A DNA stretch of 64,000 bases from an uncultured Gemmatimonadaceae bacterium (GCA_963822945.1 CAWGJO010000024.1:1-64000); one strand, 5' to 3'; counted from the stretch's first letter, positions 9,580 to 18,991 are shown. Numbers and translations are program-made. Notes: generated by a model not told the origin, from the letters alone.

Positions 9580-10632
9580 ATGTCCGATACGCTCGTGGTA
9601 CCGACGTCGTGGCCCTCCGCCTTCCGGCCCGCGTGGTGGTTGGCTGTGGCCCCCGGGCTCCTGCTCGCGGCCGCCGTCGGTGTGGCAGGGTGGGCGCTCG
9701 CCTGGGTCGAGGCGGAGGTCTTCGGCCATGCACTCGTCGAGTCGCTCGTACTGGCCATCCTGCTGGGCATGGTGGTCCGCGCCGTGTGGCCGATGGGCGC
9801 GCGGTGGGCGCCTGGCGTACGCGTGGCTGCCAAGCCGGCCCTCGAGGTGGCGATCGTGGCGCTGGGGGCGTCGGTGAACCTGCCCGAACTGCTGCACGCC
9901 GGTCCGGCGCTTCTGGCCGGGATCGCCGGGACGGTGGCCGTCGCCATCATGGTGAGTTATGGGATCTCGCGGACGGCCGGCCTCTCGCACCGGCTGTCGG
10001 TCCTCGTGGCGTGCGGCAACTCCATCTGCGGCAACGCCGCCATTGCCGCGGTCGCGCCGGTGATCCGCGCCGAAGGACACGACGTCGCGTCGTCGGTGGC
10101 CTTCACCAATATCCTCGGCGTGATCCTGGTGCTGGTGTTGCCGCCGCTGGGACACGCCATCGGACTGTCGATGTACCAGTACGGCGTCTTCGCCGGACTC
10201 ACCGTGTACGCCGTGCCGCAGGTGGTGGCGGCCACGTTCCCGGTGAGTGCGCTGGCAGGGCAGATGGGGACGCTCGTGAAGCTCGTGCGCGTGCTGCTGC
10301 TGGGCCCGGTCGTGCTGCTGCTCGCCCTCGGGCATCGGCAGCCGTCGGAACACCAGCGCTTGGCGTGGCACCGGTTCATCCCGTGGTTCATCGTCGGCTT
10401 CGTGGTCATGGCGGTGTCCCGGTCGCTGGGGCTGGTGCCCGATGTCGCGGCGGCACCGCTGCACACGATGACCACGCTTCTGATGGTGCTGGCGATGGCC
10501 GGGATGGGGCTCGGCGTGGAGATCCGCGGCATGGTCGCGGTGGGCGGGCGCGTGACCGCGGCGGTGGCTGCGTCGCTGCTCGGCTTGATGGGGATGGCCG
10601 TACTGCTGCTCCGGTTGCTGCACTTGCACTGA
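9580..10632 (+). CDS. YeiH/UPF0324 (putative sulfate exporter) family membrane protein
   Basis: PGLLL, LAILLG, GNSICGNAAIAAVAPVI, YAVPQV and VKLVRV motifs; about 10 TM segments. Confidence 0.9.
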   Translation: MSDTLVVPTSWPSAFRPAWWLAVAPGLLLAAAVGVAGWALAWVEAEVFGHALVESLVLAILLGMVVRAVWPMGARWAPGVRVAAKPALEVAIVALGASVNLPELLHAGPALLAGIAGTVAVAIMVSYGISRTAGLSHRLSVLVACGNSICGNAAIAAVAPVIRAEGHDVASSVAFTNILGVILVLVLPPLGHAIGLSMYQYGVFAGLTVYAVPQVVAATFPVSALAGQMGTLVKLVRVLLLGPVVLLLALGHRQPSEHQRLAWHRFIPWFIVGFVVMAVSRSLGLVPDVAAAPLHTMTTLLMVLAMAGMGLGVEIRGMVAVGGRVTAAVAASLLGLMGMAVLLLRLLHLH

Positions 10633-10741
10633 GGACGGGGGCCCGGAGAGGGGGAGGGCGCGTCGCTTTCCCCGCGCGGGGTGGCCTCGTAACTTCGGGC
10701 AACGTGATTGCACGCCCGGCCAGTTCCTGAACCCGCACGCC

Positions 10742-12877
10742 ATGCACGAGCGCGACAACGAGCAGGTGCAGACCACCCGGCGCATCGTGTTGTGGATCGC
10801 CGGCACACTGCTCGTGCTGCTCGGCATCGTGCCGCTGGCCAACATCATGAGTGGCGGGGCCGAGGTGCCGTGGTGGGATGGGGCGGTGCTGCAATGGATC
10901 GCCGGCGCCGTTCTCATCACGGTGGTCAGTCTCGCGGCTGCGAGGCTGTTCGGCGAGCGACTCGAGAGCGCGTCAGCCCGGGCCGCGGCATGGCTGGAGG
11001 CACTCCCCGCGTGGGTGTTCGCGGCAGGCGTGTCGGCCGTCGCCATCGTGGCCGCGGCCGCGCTCTCGCGCTACTGCTTTGCGGGACAGCCGTTCACAAG
11101 CGACGAGATGGCCCAGCAGTGGCACGCCCGGATGCTGCTCGACGGCCATTTTGCAATCGCCGCGGAGCGCTTCCGCGAGTTCTTCAATACGGCGCCGGTA
11201 TACGATGGCGGCCGCTGGTTCTCGCAGTATCCCATCGGCGGACCGCTGCTCATCGCCCTCGGGCTCGCTGCCGGCGCGGCGTGGCTGGTGAATCCGCTGC
11301 TGCTCGGCGTTGCGGTCTGGGCGTTCTACCGATTCCTCGCGCGGGCGTACGATGAGTCGACCGCCCGGGTCGCGACCGTGCTTCTGGTGGCCAGCCCGAT
11401 GGTGCTCATCATGAGCGCGAGCCAGATGAGCCACGTCCCGGCGCTCGCGGCCGCCATGGTCGCGCTTGCCGCGCTCGCGGCGTGGGAGCGGGCCGCCACG
11501 CCGCGACTCGCCGGGCGATACGCGGCTGTCATCGGGGCCGCGCTCGGCGCGATGGCCGTGGTGCGTCCGTACGACGCGGTGCTCGTGGCCGTCGTGATCG
11601 GCGGATTCCAGTTGGTCACCGTCGCGCGCCGGCGGGAACTCATCGTGACGCTCGTCTGGCAGGTGGCCGCAGGATGCCTGCCGGTGGCGCTGCTGCTCTG
11701 GGCCAACGTCCGCACCACGGGACACCCGTTGGTATTCGCGTACACCGTGCTCGACGGGGTGGGGCACGGAGTGGGGTTCCATCTCGCGCCGGATGGCCGT
11801 GTGCACACGCCGGTGCGCGGGCTGCTACTGGCCTCGGGCTACCTCATGCGCCTGGATCGGTATCTGTTCGAGTGGCCGCTGCCGGGCCTGGCATTCGTCG
11901 TCGCGACCCTGTTCGCGGTTCGCCGCGCCTCGCGGTGGGACGTGCTGCTGGTGGCGTTGATCGGGGCCTTCGTTGCCGGCTATGGCGCGTACTGGTTCGA
12001 CGGATTCTTTGCCGGGCCGCGATTTCTGTTCACGGCGGTTCCGGCGTTCGTGCTCTTCACCGCGCGTGCCCCCGGGGCCATCCGGGCACGGCTGACGAGC
12101 GCGCGGTCACGCCAGGCGATGCTCGCTGTAGTTCCCATCTGCCTGGCCGTGGCCTGGCTGGTCCCCATCGGGACGCAGGGCGCGCTCGTTCGCATCCGGT
12201 CGTACCACGCGCAGCGCACCAAGGAGAAGACGGACATTCGCGCCCAGGTGGCGCGCGCCGGCCTCCACAACGCCCTCGTCTTCGTGAACGAGAACTGGCG
12301 GGGCCGGCTACTGGCGCGACTCCGGGTGCTCGGCGTCGAGCCGTTCGCGGCGGATCGAGACCTGAACACCTACGACGCCTGCGCGCTGCAGATGGCGCTG
12401 GACGCCGAGGATACGCTCCCCGCGGCGACCCCACTCGTGCGTCGGGCGCGCGTGCTGGCCGCGGCCCGGGCGGCAGGGCACGCTGAGCCGGTGCCTGGGC
12501 TGCCGGCCGACCGGGAGGTGTCCATCGTTCCGGGTTCCCGCCCCACGGCCACCTGTTTGCGCGAGTCCAACGCCGATTTTGCCGGCACGATGCCGTATCC
12601 GATCTTTCTGGCGAAGCAACAGGTGGTGGACGGGCGGGTAGGGGGCGACGTGGTGTTCGTCCGGGATTTCTTGGCGCGGGATTCGCTGCTGCGCTCGCGC
12701 TTCGCCGGGCGGACCTGGTACCGCTATCGCACGCCAACCAGCCTGCAGGACACCGCCGCCGTGTTCGTGCCCTTCGGTGCGTCGCGCGAGTTCGCCGTCT
12801 GGCGACGGCACTGGTGTCACGCATGTGGGGAATTAGGTTTGAGGGTTGGCACCGTACCTCAACACTCGCCCCTGTAG
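10742..12877 (+). CDS. Polytopic membrane protein, probable GT-C glycosyltransferase (PMT/ArnT-like)
   Basis: SDE acidic motif in an early loop, FSQYPIG, SHVP, VRPYD, GPRF; many TM helices then a soluble C-terminal domain. The 3' end overlaps the tRNA by 10 nt, so the true end is uncertain. Confidence 0.7.
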   Translation: MHERDNEQVQTTRRIVLWIAGTLLVLLGIVPLANIMSGGAEVPWWDGAVLQWIAGAVLITVVSLAAARLFGERLESASARAAAWLEALPAWVFAAGVSAVAIVAAAALSRYCFAGQPFTSDEMAQQWHARMLLDGHFAIAAERFREFFNTAPVYDGGRWFSQYPIGGPLLIALGLAAGAAWLVNPLLLGVAVWAFYRFLARAYDESTARVATVLLVASPMVLIMSASQMSHVPALAAAMVALAALAAWERAATPRLAGRYAAVIGAALGAMAVVRPYDAVLVAVVIGGFQLVTVARRRELIVTLVWQVAAGCLPVALLLWANVRTTGHPLVFAYTVLDGVGHGVGFHLAPDGRVHTPVRGLLLASGYLMRLDRYLFEWPLPGLAFVVATLFAVRRASRWDVLLVALIGAFVAGYGAYWFDGFFAGPRFLFTAVPAFVLFTARAPGAIRARLTSARSRQAMLAVVPICLAVAWLVPIGTQGALVRIRSYHAQRTKEKTDIRAQVARAGLHNALVFVNENWRGRLLARLRVLGVEPFAADRDLNTYDACALQMALDAEDTLPAATPLVRRARVLAAARAAGHAEPVPGLPADREVSIVPGSRPTATCLRESNADFAGTMPYPIFLAKQQVVDGRVGGDVVFVRDFLARDSLLRSRFAGRTWYRYRTPTSLQDTAAVFVPFGASREFAVWRRHWCHACGELGLRVGTVPQHSPL

Positions 12878-12941
12878 CTCAGATGGATAGAGCAGCGGTT
12901 TCCTAAACCGTTGGCCGGGTGTTCGAGTCACCCCAGGGGCA
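12868..12941 (+). tRNA. tRNA-Arg (anticodon CCT)
   Basis: Full cloverleaf: acceptor GCCCCTG/CAGGGGC, D arm GCTC/GAGC, anticodon arm GCGGT-TTCCTAA-ACCGT, T arm GGGTG-TTCGAGT-CACCC. CCA is not fully encoded (followed by CCT). Confidence 0.97.
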
Positions 12942-12957
12942 CCTCATCTCCTTTGAC

Positions 12958-13626
12958 ATGACCGATCCTACATCAGCATCCGCCGCGGGTCCGAGCCGCG
13001 AAGAAACCATCATCGAGTGGTTCCAGCGCAACGGCCGCGCGGTCGCAATCGTGGCCGTCGTGGCGGCGGTTGGCGCGGGTGCCTACTGGTACTACACCAG
13101 GTCCATCCAGCTGAAGAACCAGGCGGCCGAGCGCGCCCTGAATACGGCGCTGCAGTCGGTGTCGGCCGGGAATCAGGCGCTGGCCGAGAACGACCTGCAC
13201 AAGGTGGCCGACAACTACGGCGACACCCAGTCGGGCATCGAGGCCGGCCTGCTTCTGGCGCAGATCGAGTTCAACGCCGGGAAGCTGGATTCGGGACTGG
13301 TCGTACTCCAGAAGCTCACCAAGGCCAGCGCTGCCGGCATGGACATGGCGTCCATCTACAGCCTGATGGGTGACGGGCAGATGCAAGCCGACAAGGCGGC
13401 GGCCGCCGCGGCCTCGTATCAGAAGGCCGCCGATGCCGCCCGGTCCGACGCCAACAAGGCCTTCCAACAGTCCAAGGCGGCTCGGGCGTTCCTGGCTGCC
13501 GGCGACACGACGAGCGCCCGGACCATCTGGCAGTCGCTGGTGCAGGATCCGAAGGACCAGGGGGTGGCCGCCGAGGCCCGTGTCCGGCTGGGTGAGATCG
13601 AGGCCAAGCCGGCAACGAAGGGCTGA
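12958..13626 (+). CDS. Single-TM TPR protein, YfgM-like
   Basis: EWFQRNGRAVAIVAVVAAVGAGAYWYY N-terminus followed by TPR-like helices. Confidence 0.8.
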   Translation: MTDPTSASAAGPSREETIIEWFQRNGRAVAIVAVVAAVGAGAYWYYTRSIQLKNQAAERALNTALQSVSAGNQALAENDLHKVADNYGDTQSGIEAGLLLAQIEFNAGKLDSGLVVLQKLTKASAAGMDMASIYSLMGDGQMQADKAAAAAASYQKAADAARSDANKAFQQSKAARAFLAAGDTTSARTIWQSLVQDPKDQGVAAEARVRLGEIEAKPATKG

Positions 13627-13698
13627 TCGCGGCTCGGTGACCGCTGGCCAGGGCCGCGGGGGCTCGAGCCTTTTCCTGCCAGAAGCGCGTGGATTTCC

Positions 13699-13743
13699 AG
13701 CCGCCGGACGACCGCAATGTGCGACGTCCGGCGGCTTCTTCTT
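13699..13743 (+). terminator. Probable intrinsic terminator
   Basis: 12-bp stem AGCCGCCGGACG/CGTCCGGCGGCT with inner CGCA/TGCG pairing, followed by TCTTCTT. Confidence 0.7.
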
Positions 13744-13819
13744 GGCCCTCGGTGCGGTGTAGAGCATCGGCATTTCAAGCCAGCATGGTGCCTACCATGC
13801 GACACACTGTCGCCTATAT

Positions 13820-13847
13820 AGTTCGTATAAGAAAGATTATGTAAACT
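13820..13847. other. dif: dif site (XerC/XerD chromosome dimer resolution site)
   Basis: AGTTCGTATAA-GAAAGA-TTATGTAAACT has the 11+6+11 architecture. The right arm matches the Bacillus subtilis dif arm as I recall it (TTATGTAAACT). It is intergenic, at the point where gene orientation flips. Confidence 0.9.
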
Positions 13848-14029
13848 ATAACTGTGGAAAAGGCCGCTTGGAGTGTGCACTTCCAGGTTGGTGTATTCCA
13901 AGTAAAGCACTGCACTGCAGCCATTTACGGCGTATGATGTGACGCTGTTTCTCGTTAGTGGCCAAGCAATGGCTACTTAGAACGGTTTCCACCCCGCGTG
14001 GCAGCTGCGGATTGCGTGCCGTTCTGGCG

Positions 14030-14854
14030 TCAGACCTCAGCCAGGAATCCGCGGTAGACGATGCGGGCTTCGCCGGCGAGCCTGGGCAAAATGGCGTCGC
14101 CTTCGGTACGGATGCCGATCCGGAGTTCCTTGCCGGACCTGGTCACGATCGTGCCGCCTTCGGGCGCCAGGCCCCATTGGTCGAGGACCACGGCAGACGC
14201 CACTGCCCCGGTCCCGCAGGCCAGCGTTTCGCCCTCGACCCCTCGTTCGTAGGTCCGCATGTACCAGCGGCCGTTCGGGCCCCGGGCAACGAAGTCCACA
14301 TTGGTCCCGGCCTCGAACATCGGATCGAAGCGCAGCGGGCGACCGCGGCCCACGACGTCAACCGCCTCGATGTCGTCGCAGAGGATCACCAGATGCGGGA
14401 TCCCAACCTGCGCGAACGCCACCCGTTGCTCTCCGGGACCCAGTGGAACGGCGGCCACCGGGGTCAGCCGCTCGACGGCCGGCATGTCGACTTCCGGGCC
14501 GGAGGCGGCATGGACGACCGCCCCGAGCACACCCGCCGCGGTCTCGATGGTGAACGCCTGACCGGGGGCTGCGCCGCCGAGCTCAACGAAGAGGCGGGCC
14601 GTACAGAGGGTCGCATTTCCACAGAGGGCGGCCACCGATCCGTCGCTGTTCAGGTACCTGAGCAGGACCGAAGCCGCCGTGCTGGGCTCGAGAAACACGA
14701 TTCCATCTGCCCCGACACCGGTGCCGCGGCCGCAGATGGACCGGATGACCTCGACATCGTCGAGGTGCCCCGGCGGCACCGTCCTGGCATCGACGAACAC
14801 GAAGTCGTTGCCGGAGCCGCTCAGCTTGTAGAACTCTCGGCCGGCTGGAATCAT
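14030..14854 (-). CDS. dapF: Diaminopimelate epimerase
   Basis: GSGNDF, GADG, NSDGS...CGNA, GIPH and ERGVEGETLACGTGA; both catalytic Cys present. Confidence 0.96.
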   Translation of the reverse strand: MIPAGREFYKLSGSGNDFVFVDARTVPPGHLDDVEVIRSICGRGTGVGADGIVFLEPSTAASVLLRYLNSDGSVAALCGNATLCTARLFVELGGAAPGQAFTIETAAGVLGAVVHAASGPEVDMPAVERLTPVAAVPLGPGEQRVAFAQVGIPHLVILCDDIEAVDVVGRGRPLRFDPMFEAGTNVDFVARGPNGRWYMRTYERGVEGETLACGTGAVASAVVLDQWGLAPEGGTIVTRSGKELRIGIRTEGDAILPRLAGEARIVYRGFLAEV

Positions 14855-14882
14855 CGGCGGCGGAAGGCTCCCGGCGGCTGGC

Positions 14883-15605
14883 CTACAGCCGGTGGAAGAT
14901 CGACTTGAACCGCAGCCACCAGACCATCCAGATGGCCTCGCGTACGATGGCCTTGGACATCTTGCTGGTGCCCTCCGTGCGGTCGACGAACACGATCGGG
15001 ATCTCGGCGATCCGGAACCGCTTCTTCCAGGCCCTGAAGCTCATCTCGATCTGGAAGGCATACCCATTCGAGTGAACTCCATGAAGGTCAATTGCTTCGA
15101 GAACTGATCTACGAAAGCACTTGAATCCACCGGTGGAGTCCCAGACTGGAAGTCCGGTGACCCAACGGGCGTAGACGTTGGCAAAGTAGCTGAGGAGGAG
15201 GCGGGATATGGGCCAGTTGACCACACTTACCCGCCCGTCGAGGTATCGGGAGCCCAGGACGAGGTCGGCGTTCCGGATGGCCGCGAGAAATTGCGGCAGG
15301 TGCGCCGGATCGTGGGAGAAATCGGCGTCCATCTCGAACACGTAGGCGAAGTCCTGCGTGAGCGCCCAGGCGAATCCGGCCAGATAGGCGGTGCCGAGGC
15401 CCAGCTTCTTCTCCCGTTCGAGAATGTGGACCCTGGGATTGCCGGCCATGATGTCCTTGACGATTCCGGCCGTACCGTCCGGCGATCCATCGTCCACGAT
15501 CAGGAGTTCGAGGCGGGGGTCCTGCCCCAGCACGGCCTCGATGATTCGTGCGATGTTCTCGCACTCGTTGTACGTCGGGACGACGACGAGGGCGCGCTCA
15601 GGCAC
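14883..15605 (-). CDS. Polyprenol monophosphomannose synthase-like GT2 (Ppm1/DPM1 family)
   Basis: VPTYNE, DDGSPDGT, GLGTAY, EMDADFSH, DSTGGFKC, GYAFQIE and FVDRTEGTSKM motifs. Confidence 0.92.
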   Translation of the reverse strand: MPERALVVVPTYNECENIARIIEAVLGQDPRLELLIVDDGSPDGTAGIVKDIMAGNPRVHILEREKKLGLGTAYLAGFAWALTQDFAYVFEMDADFSHDPAHLPQFLAAIRNADLVLGSRYLDGRVSVVNWPISRLLLSYFANVYARWVTGLPVWDSTGGFKCFRRSVLEAIDLHGVHSNGYAFQIEMSFRAWKKRFRIAEIPIVFVDRTEGTSKMSKAIVREAIWMVWWLRFKSIFHRL

Positions 15606-18054
15606 GGCGCTTCCGCTCCGCCGCGATGCCCCCGGCCGTCACGAGGAGCGCGATGAGAAGGGCGGCCAGGGTCACCTTCTTGCCCGTTTCGTACGCCGGG
15701 TCGTCGAAATCGAGTTCCACGTGCCGGGCGCCGGCCGGAAGCGCGACGCCGATCAAGGCGTAGTCCGCGCGGCCGATGGCTGCATCCGGCTTGCCGTCCA
15801 CGGTGGCGCGCCAGCCGGGATAGTAGTTCTCGGACACCACCAGGGCTGCCCCGGCGGGCGCGGGCGCGCTCAGATCCATCACCACGTGGCCGGGCGCATA
15901 GGTCGTGACGTTGGTGGTGATGTCGAGCGGCTTGGGGAGCGCAGAGAGCTGCACGGGCGTGACGTTGGCGGCGGTGTCGAACACGGCGACGGTGGCCGGA
16001 TCGAACTTCGCATTGAGTACGGTGGGCAAGGTCTGTTCTTCGGTGGCCTTCACGATGGCCGGCGCGACCCAGGCGTACGGATCGTTCTGCGACGGTTTCA
16101 GCAGATAGACCATGGAGCCGACCGAGTTTCTCACCGGTCCGGCCAGGCGCGTGAAGGTGATGTCGGGACGCTTGAGCTGCGTGGCGAACGCCTGGGTCAG
16201 ATCCGGCGCGTCCACGTCGGAATACACGTACTGCACGTTGGTCAGCTTCCAGAACTGCGGGTCGATGAGGTTGGCGTACGGGACGTTGGGGCCGGTCTTG
16301 CCGCCCAGCCGCTGATAGTCGCCCAGCTCGTTGCCGTGGTAGCCATCCACCGACCGGATGCGGTGCACCATGAATCCGTCGCCGTACAGGTATGGATCGC
16401 GGTCGCTGCTCGATCCGCCGGCCGGCAGCGGGAGCACGCGCCCCGGCTGCGCTTGCCGCTGCATGTAGGCGATGGCGGAGTCCGTGGCGAAGAGCTGCGA
16501 GGCCGGCGGCGAGAAGATCCAGTAGTTGTGATCGATGCTGAGCAGGTCGACGGCGGCCACCACGACCAGCGCGATGGCCGCCGTGCGGAGGGCGATCTGC
16601 TGGCGGGCGATGCCGACGAGGAGCGCGCAGCAGAGGGCGGCCACGAACCACGAACGCCACGCCCCGAGGATGAGGGCGCCGTTGTTGGCCTGCACTGCCT
16701 CGTACCGCTGCGAGCCGGCGAACGACGCGGCGATGGTCTGCGCCAGGTTGGTGAGCATCCCGCCGCTGGCCAGCAACGCGATGACCGTGGCCGCGATGAT
16801 CCACCCGACGGCGTACCGGACGCTCACCCGCCGCGCGAGCACACGCTCGAGGCCGACGGTGGCCAGCATCACCACGGCGAAGCTGGTCATGAAGAAGATA
16901 GTACTCGGGGCCCGGAAGAACTTGGATCCCGGAACGAGGGCGTAGACCAGATGATAGAACGGCGTCCCGCTGCCGATGGCCCAGAGGGCGGTGACGACCG
17001 CGGTGCCCAACCAGAACGCGCGGAAGCCGCGCCGCATGGTGGCCCCGAAGGCGGCGCCCATCAGGATCAGCACCGAGACGCCGAGGTATTCGCTGTGCAG
17101 GTGGATGCCGTTGCGACCCCAGTAGTGGTCGAGCATCCCGGTGAACTGCGGCAGGTAGGTATTGAAGAACTCCTCGATCGGCATCGAGAACTGCGTCGCG
17201 AAAGCGTAGCCCCCGCGTCCGCCGGCGCGCGGCGACCACGGCGTGTACTCGATGACGGGCATGAACTGCACGGCGCCGATCAGCATGCCGACGGCCACCG
17301 CCCCCAGGGCATACGCGAGCCGCCGGATGGCGACGCTTCGGGGAAGACGTCCCCTGCCCTCGTGGTCGCTGAACGCGACGTAGAGGGCGAACGCGCCCGA
17401 GCCGAGCAGCATGTACTGGAGCAGCTGTGGATGGGGACTCAGCACGGCGAGCCCCACCGTGAGCGCGAGCGCGCCCCAGGTCCAGCGCTTCCCGTCCCGA
17501 ATGCCGAGCAGCAGCATCCAGAGCGCCAACGGGAAGAGCGCGCTCACGAACAGCTTGCCGTCGTGCCCCGGCGAGGCGAGCGACGCGATCTGGCCGCTGA
17601 GCATGTAGCCGGCGCCGCCGAACAGCGACGCGAAGAATCCGAATCCCCACGCGCGCAGGAACCCGTACGTGAAGATGCCGGCCAGGAACAGGTGGATGGC
17701 GAACCCCCACGTCATCGCCAGGTCGGTGCGCATCACCATCCGCAGCAGGAACGTGGGGTAAAAGATGTCGCCGTGCATGGCGGCCACGTACGGCAGGCCG
17801 CCGAAGATGTACGGATTCCAAAGCGGGAACCCATGGCCGGCACGCAGCGATTGGGCGCCGAACAGCCGGAAGGCGTAACCCGCGATGTACTGGTCGCTGT
17901 GCGGGCTGACGAGGAACTGCCCGGCGAACACCGGATACACCAGCACGAGCGTGCACAGCGCATAGGTGAGGGCCGCCCAGCCCAGCGCGAACCGCGGGGC
18001 CGGGAGCACGGGCGCCGCGAGCGGCTCGTCGCGGCGGAGTGGTCGTTTTGTCAT
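15598..18054 (-). CDS. YfhO-family GT-C membrane protein
   Basis: SDQY, PLWNPYIFGGLP...IFYP, FRAP, DGYHG and the C-terminal SENYYPGWRATVDG...GVALPAGARHVELDF YfhO signature. Confidence 0.88.
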   Translation of the reverse strand: MTKRPLRRDEPLAAPVLPAPRFALGWAALTYALCTLVLVYPVFAGQFLVSPHSDQYIAGYAFRLFGAQSLRAGHGFPLWNPYIFGGLPYVAAMHGDIFYPTFLLRMVMRTDLAMTWGFAIHLFLAGIFTYGFLRAWGFGFFASLFGGAGYMLSGQIASLASPGHDGKLFVSALFPLALWMLLLGIRDGKRWTWGALALTVGLAVLSPHPQLLQYMLLGSGAFALYVAFSDHEGRGRLPRSVAIRRLAYALGAVAVGMLIGAVQFMPVIEYTPWSPRAGGRGGYAFATQFSMPIEEFFNTYLPQFTGMLDHYWGRNGIHLHSEYLGVSVLILMGAAFGATMRRGFRAFWLGTAVVTALWAIGSGTPFYHLVYALVPGSKFFRAPSTIFFMTSFAVVMLATVGLERVLARRVSVRYAVGWIIAATVIALLASGGMLTNLAQTIAASFAGSQRYEAVQANNGALILGAWRSWFVAALCCALLVGIARQQIALRTAAIALVVVAAVDLLSIDHNYWIFSPPASQLFATDSAIAYMQRQAQPGRVLPLPAGGSSSDRDPYLYGDGFMVHRIRSVDGYHGNELGDYQRLGGKTGPNVPYANLIDPQFWKLTNVQYVYSDVDAPDLTQAFATQLKRPDITFTRLAGPVRNSVGSMVYLLKPSQNDPYAWVAPAIVKATEEQTLPTVLNAKFDPATVAVFDTAANVTPVQLSALPKPLDITTNVTTYAPGHVVMDLSAPAPAGAALVVSENYYPGWRATVDGKPDAAIGRADYALIGVALPAGARHVELDFDDPAYETGKKVTLAALLIALLVTAGGIAAERKRRA

Positions 18055-18055
18055 C

Positions 18056-18991
18056 CTATTTGGATGGGCGACGCCAGGCGTCGACGGCGAGGAACAGGAA
18101 TCCCGGCACGAGTTCCAGTATGGAAGTCCACAGGCGCGACGAGACCGCGATCAGTACCGCTTGCGGTCCCGTCATGAGCTTGAATGCCGGCAGCGCCGCG
18201 GCCATCGCGCCGTCGCGAGCCCCGATGCCGGCCGGCAGGAACAATACAATGTATCCGAGCACGTACGATGCGCTGTAAACTGCGATGTAGCTGGGGAGGG
18301 CGCCAGCGGCGTGTCCCAACACGCCGATCACGACGAGCTGGAACGCAAACCCATACATCACCCACGTGATGAGGTTCCCGGCGATCGCGTACGCGATCAC
18401 GCGCGGCGGTACTGCGGCCGCGGGCAGGTCCCGCCCCGAGAGGCGGCGCGCCACCAGAAGCACGCGCGGCATGGCCACCGGCAATACCGCCAGTCCCCCC
18501 AGGGCGAGCACCGTGAGGACCAGCGCCACACGGCTCGCACCCGGGTGGTACGCGTCGAGCGCCACCGAACCGGTGGCCAGGGCAATGGCGAACCCGGTGG
18601 TGATGTTGACCACGGTATTGAGCAGGGCCGATCCCGTGGCCGCCACCGCCGAGACGCCCTCCTTCTGCGCCATCATCCCCATGGCGCCGATCTGCCAGAC
18701 CTTGCCGGGCACGTACCGGTAGAGGTTGGCCACGCTCCAGATGTGCGCGGCGCGCCAGAACGAGAGGCGCGCGTCCCATTCGACGAGCATGATCCGCCAC
18801 GTCTGGATCAGCACGCCGTAGGCGGCAATGAAGACGGCCCCCGAGGCGGCCAGCATGCCCCAGCGCAGATGCGGTTCGAGCGGCTGCGAGGCGTAGGCGT
18901 GCCAGTAGTGATCCAGCGCCCACGCGATGTAGGCGAGCGCGACCACGGAGAACCCGATCCGCAGCCAGCGGAACCACCGGCTACGCGCCAC
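18056..18991 (-). CDS. LPG-synthase TM / UPF0104 flippase-like membrane protein
   Basis: [15 protein letters not shown] and SRLW motifs; about 8 TM segments. Confidence 0.8.
   Translation of the reverse strand: MARSRWFRWLRIGFSVVALAYIAWALDHYWHAYASQPLEPHLRWGMLAASGAVFIAAYGVLIQTWRIMLVEWDARLSFWRAAHIWSVANLYRYVPGKVWQIGAMGMMAQKEGVSAVAATGSALLNTVVNITTGFAIALATGSVALDAYHPGASRVALVLTVLALGGLAVLPVAMPRVLLVARRLSGRDLPAAAVPPRVIAYAIAGNLITWVMYGFAFQLVVIGVLGHAAGALPSYIAVYSASYVLGYIVLFLPAGIGARDGAMAAALPAFKLMTGPQAVLIAVSSRLWTSILELVPGFLFLAVDAWRRPSK

Noticed and set aside
12868..12941. tRNA-Arg as an integration site of a genomic island
   Set aside because: No duplicated tRNA 3' end and no adjacent integrase seen.
13419..13910. 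163-aa minus-strand ORF spanning dif
   Set aside because: Atypical composition, crosses dif and a terminator, and overlaps the TPR gene antisense.
13745..14029. AT-rich gap as oriC
   Set aside because: Only one consensus DnaA box, genes converge on the gap rather than diverge, no dnaA/dnaN nearby, and a dif motif explains it better.
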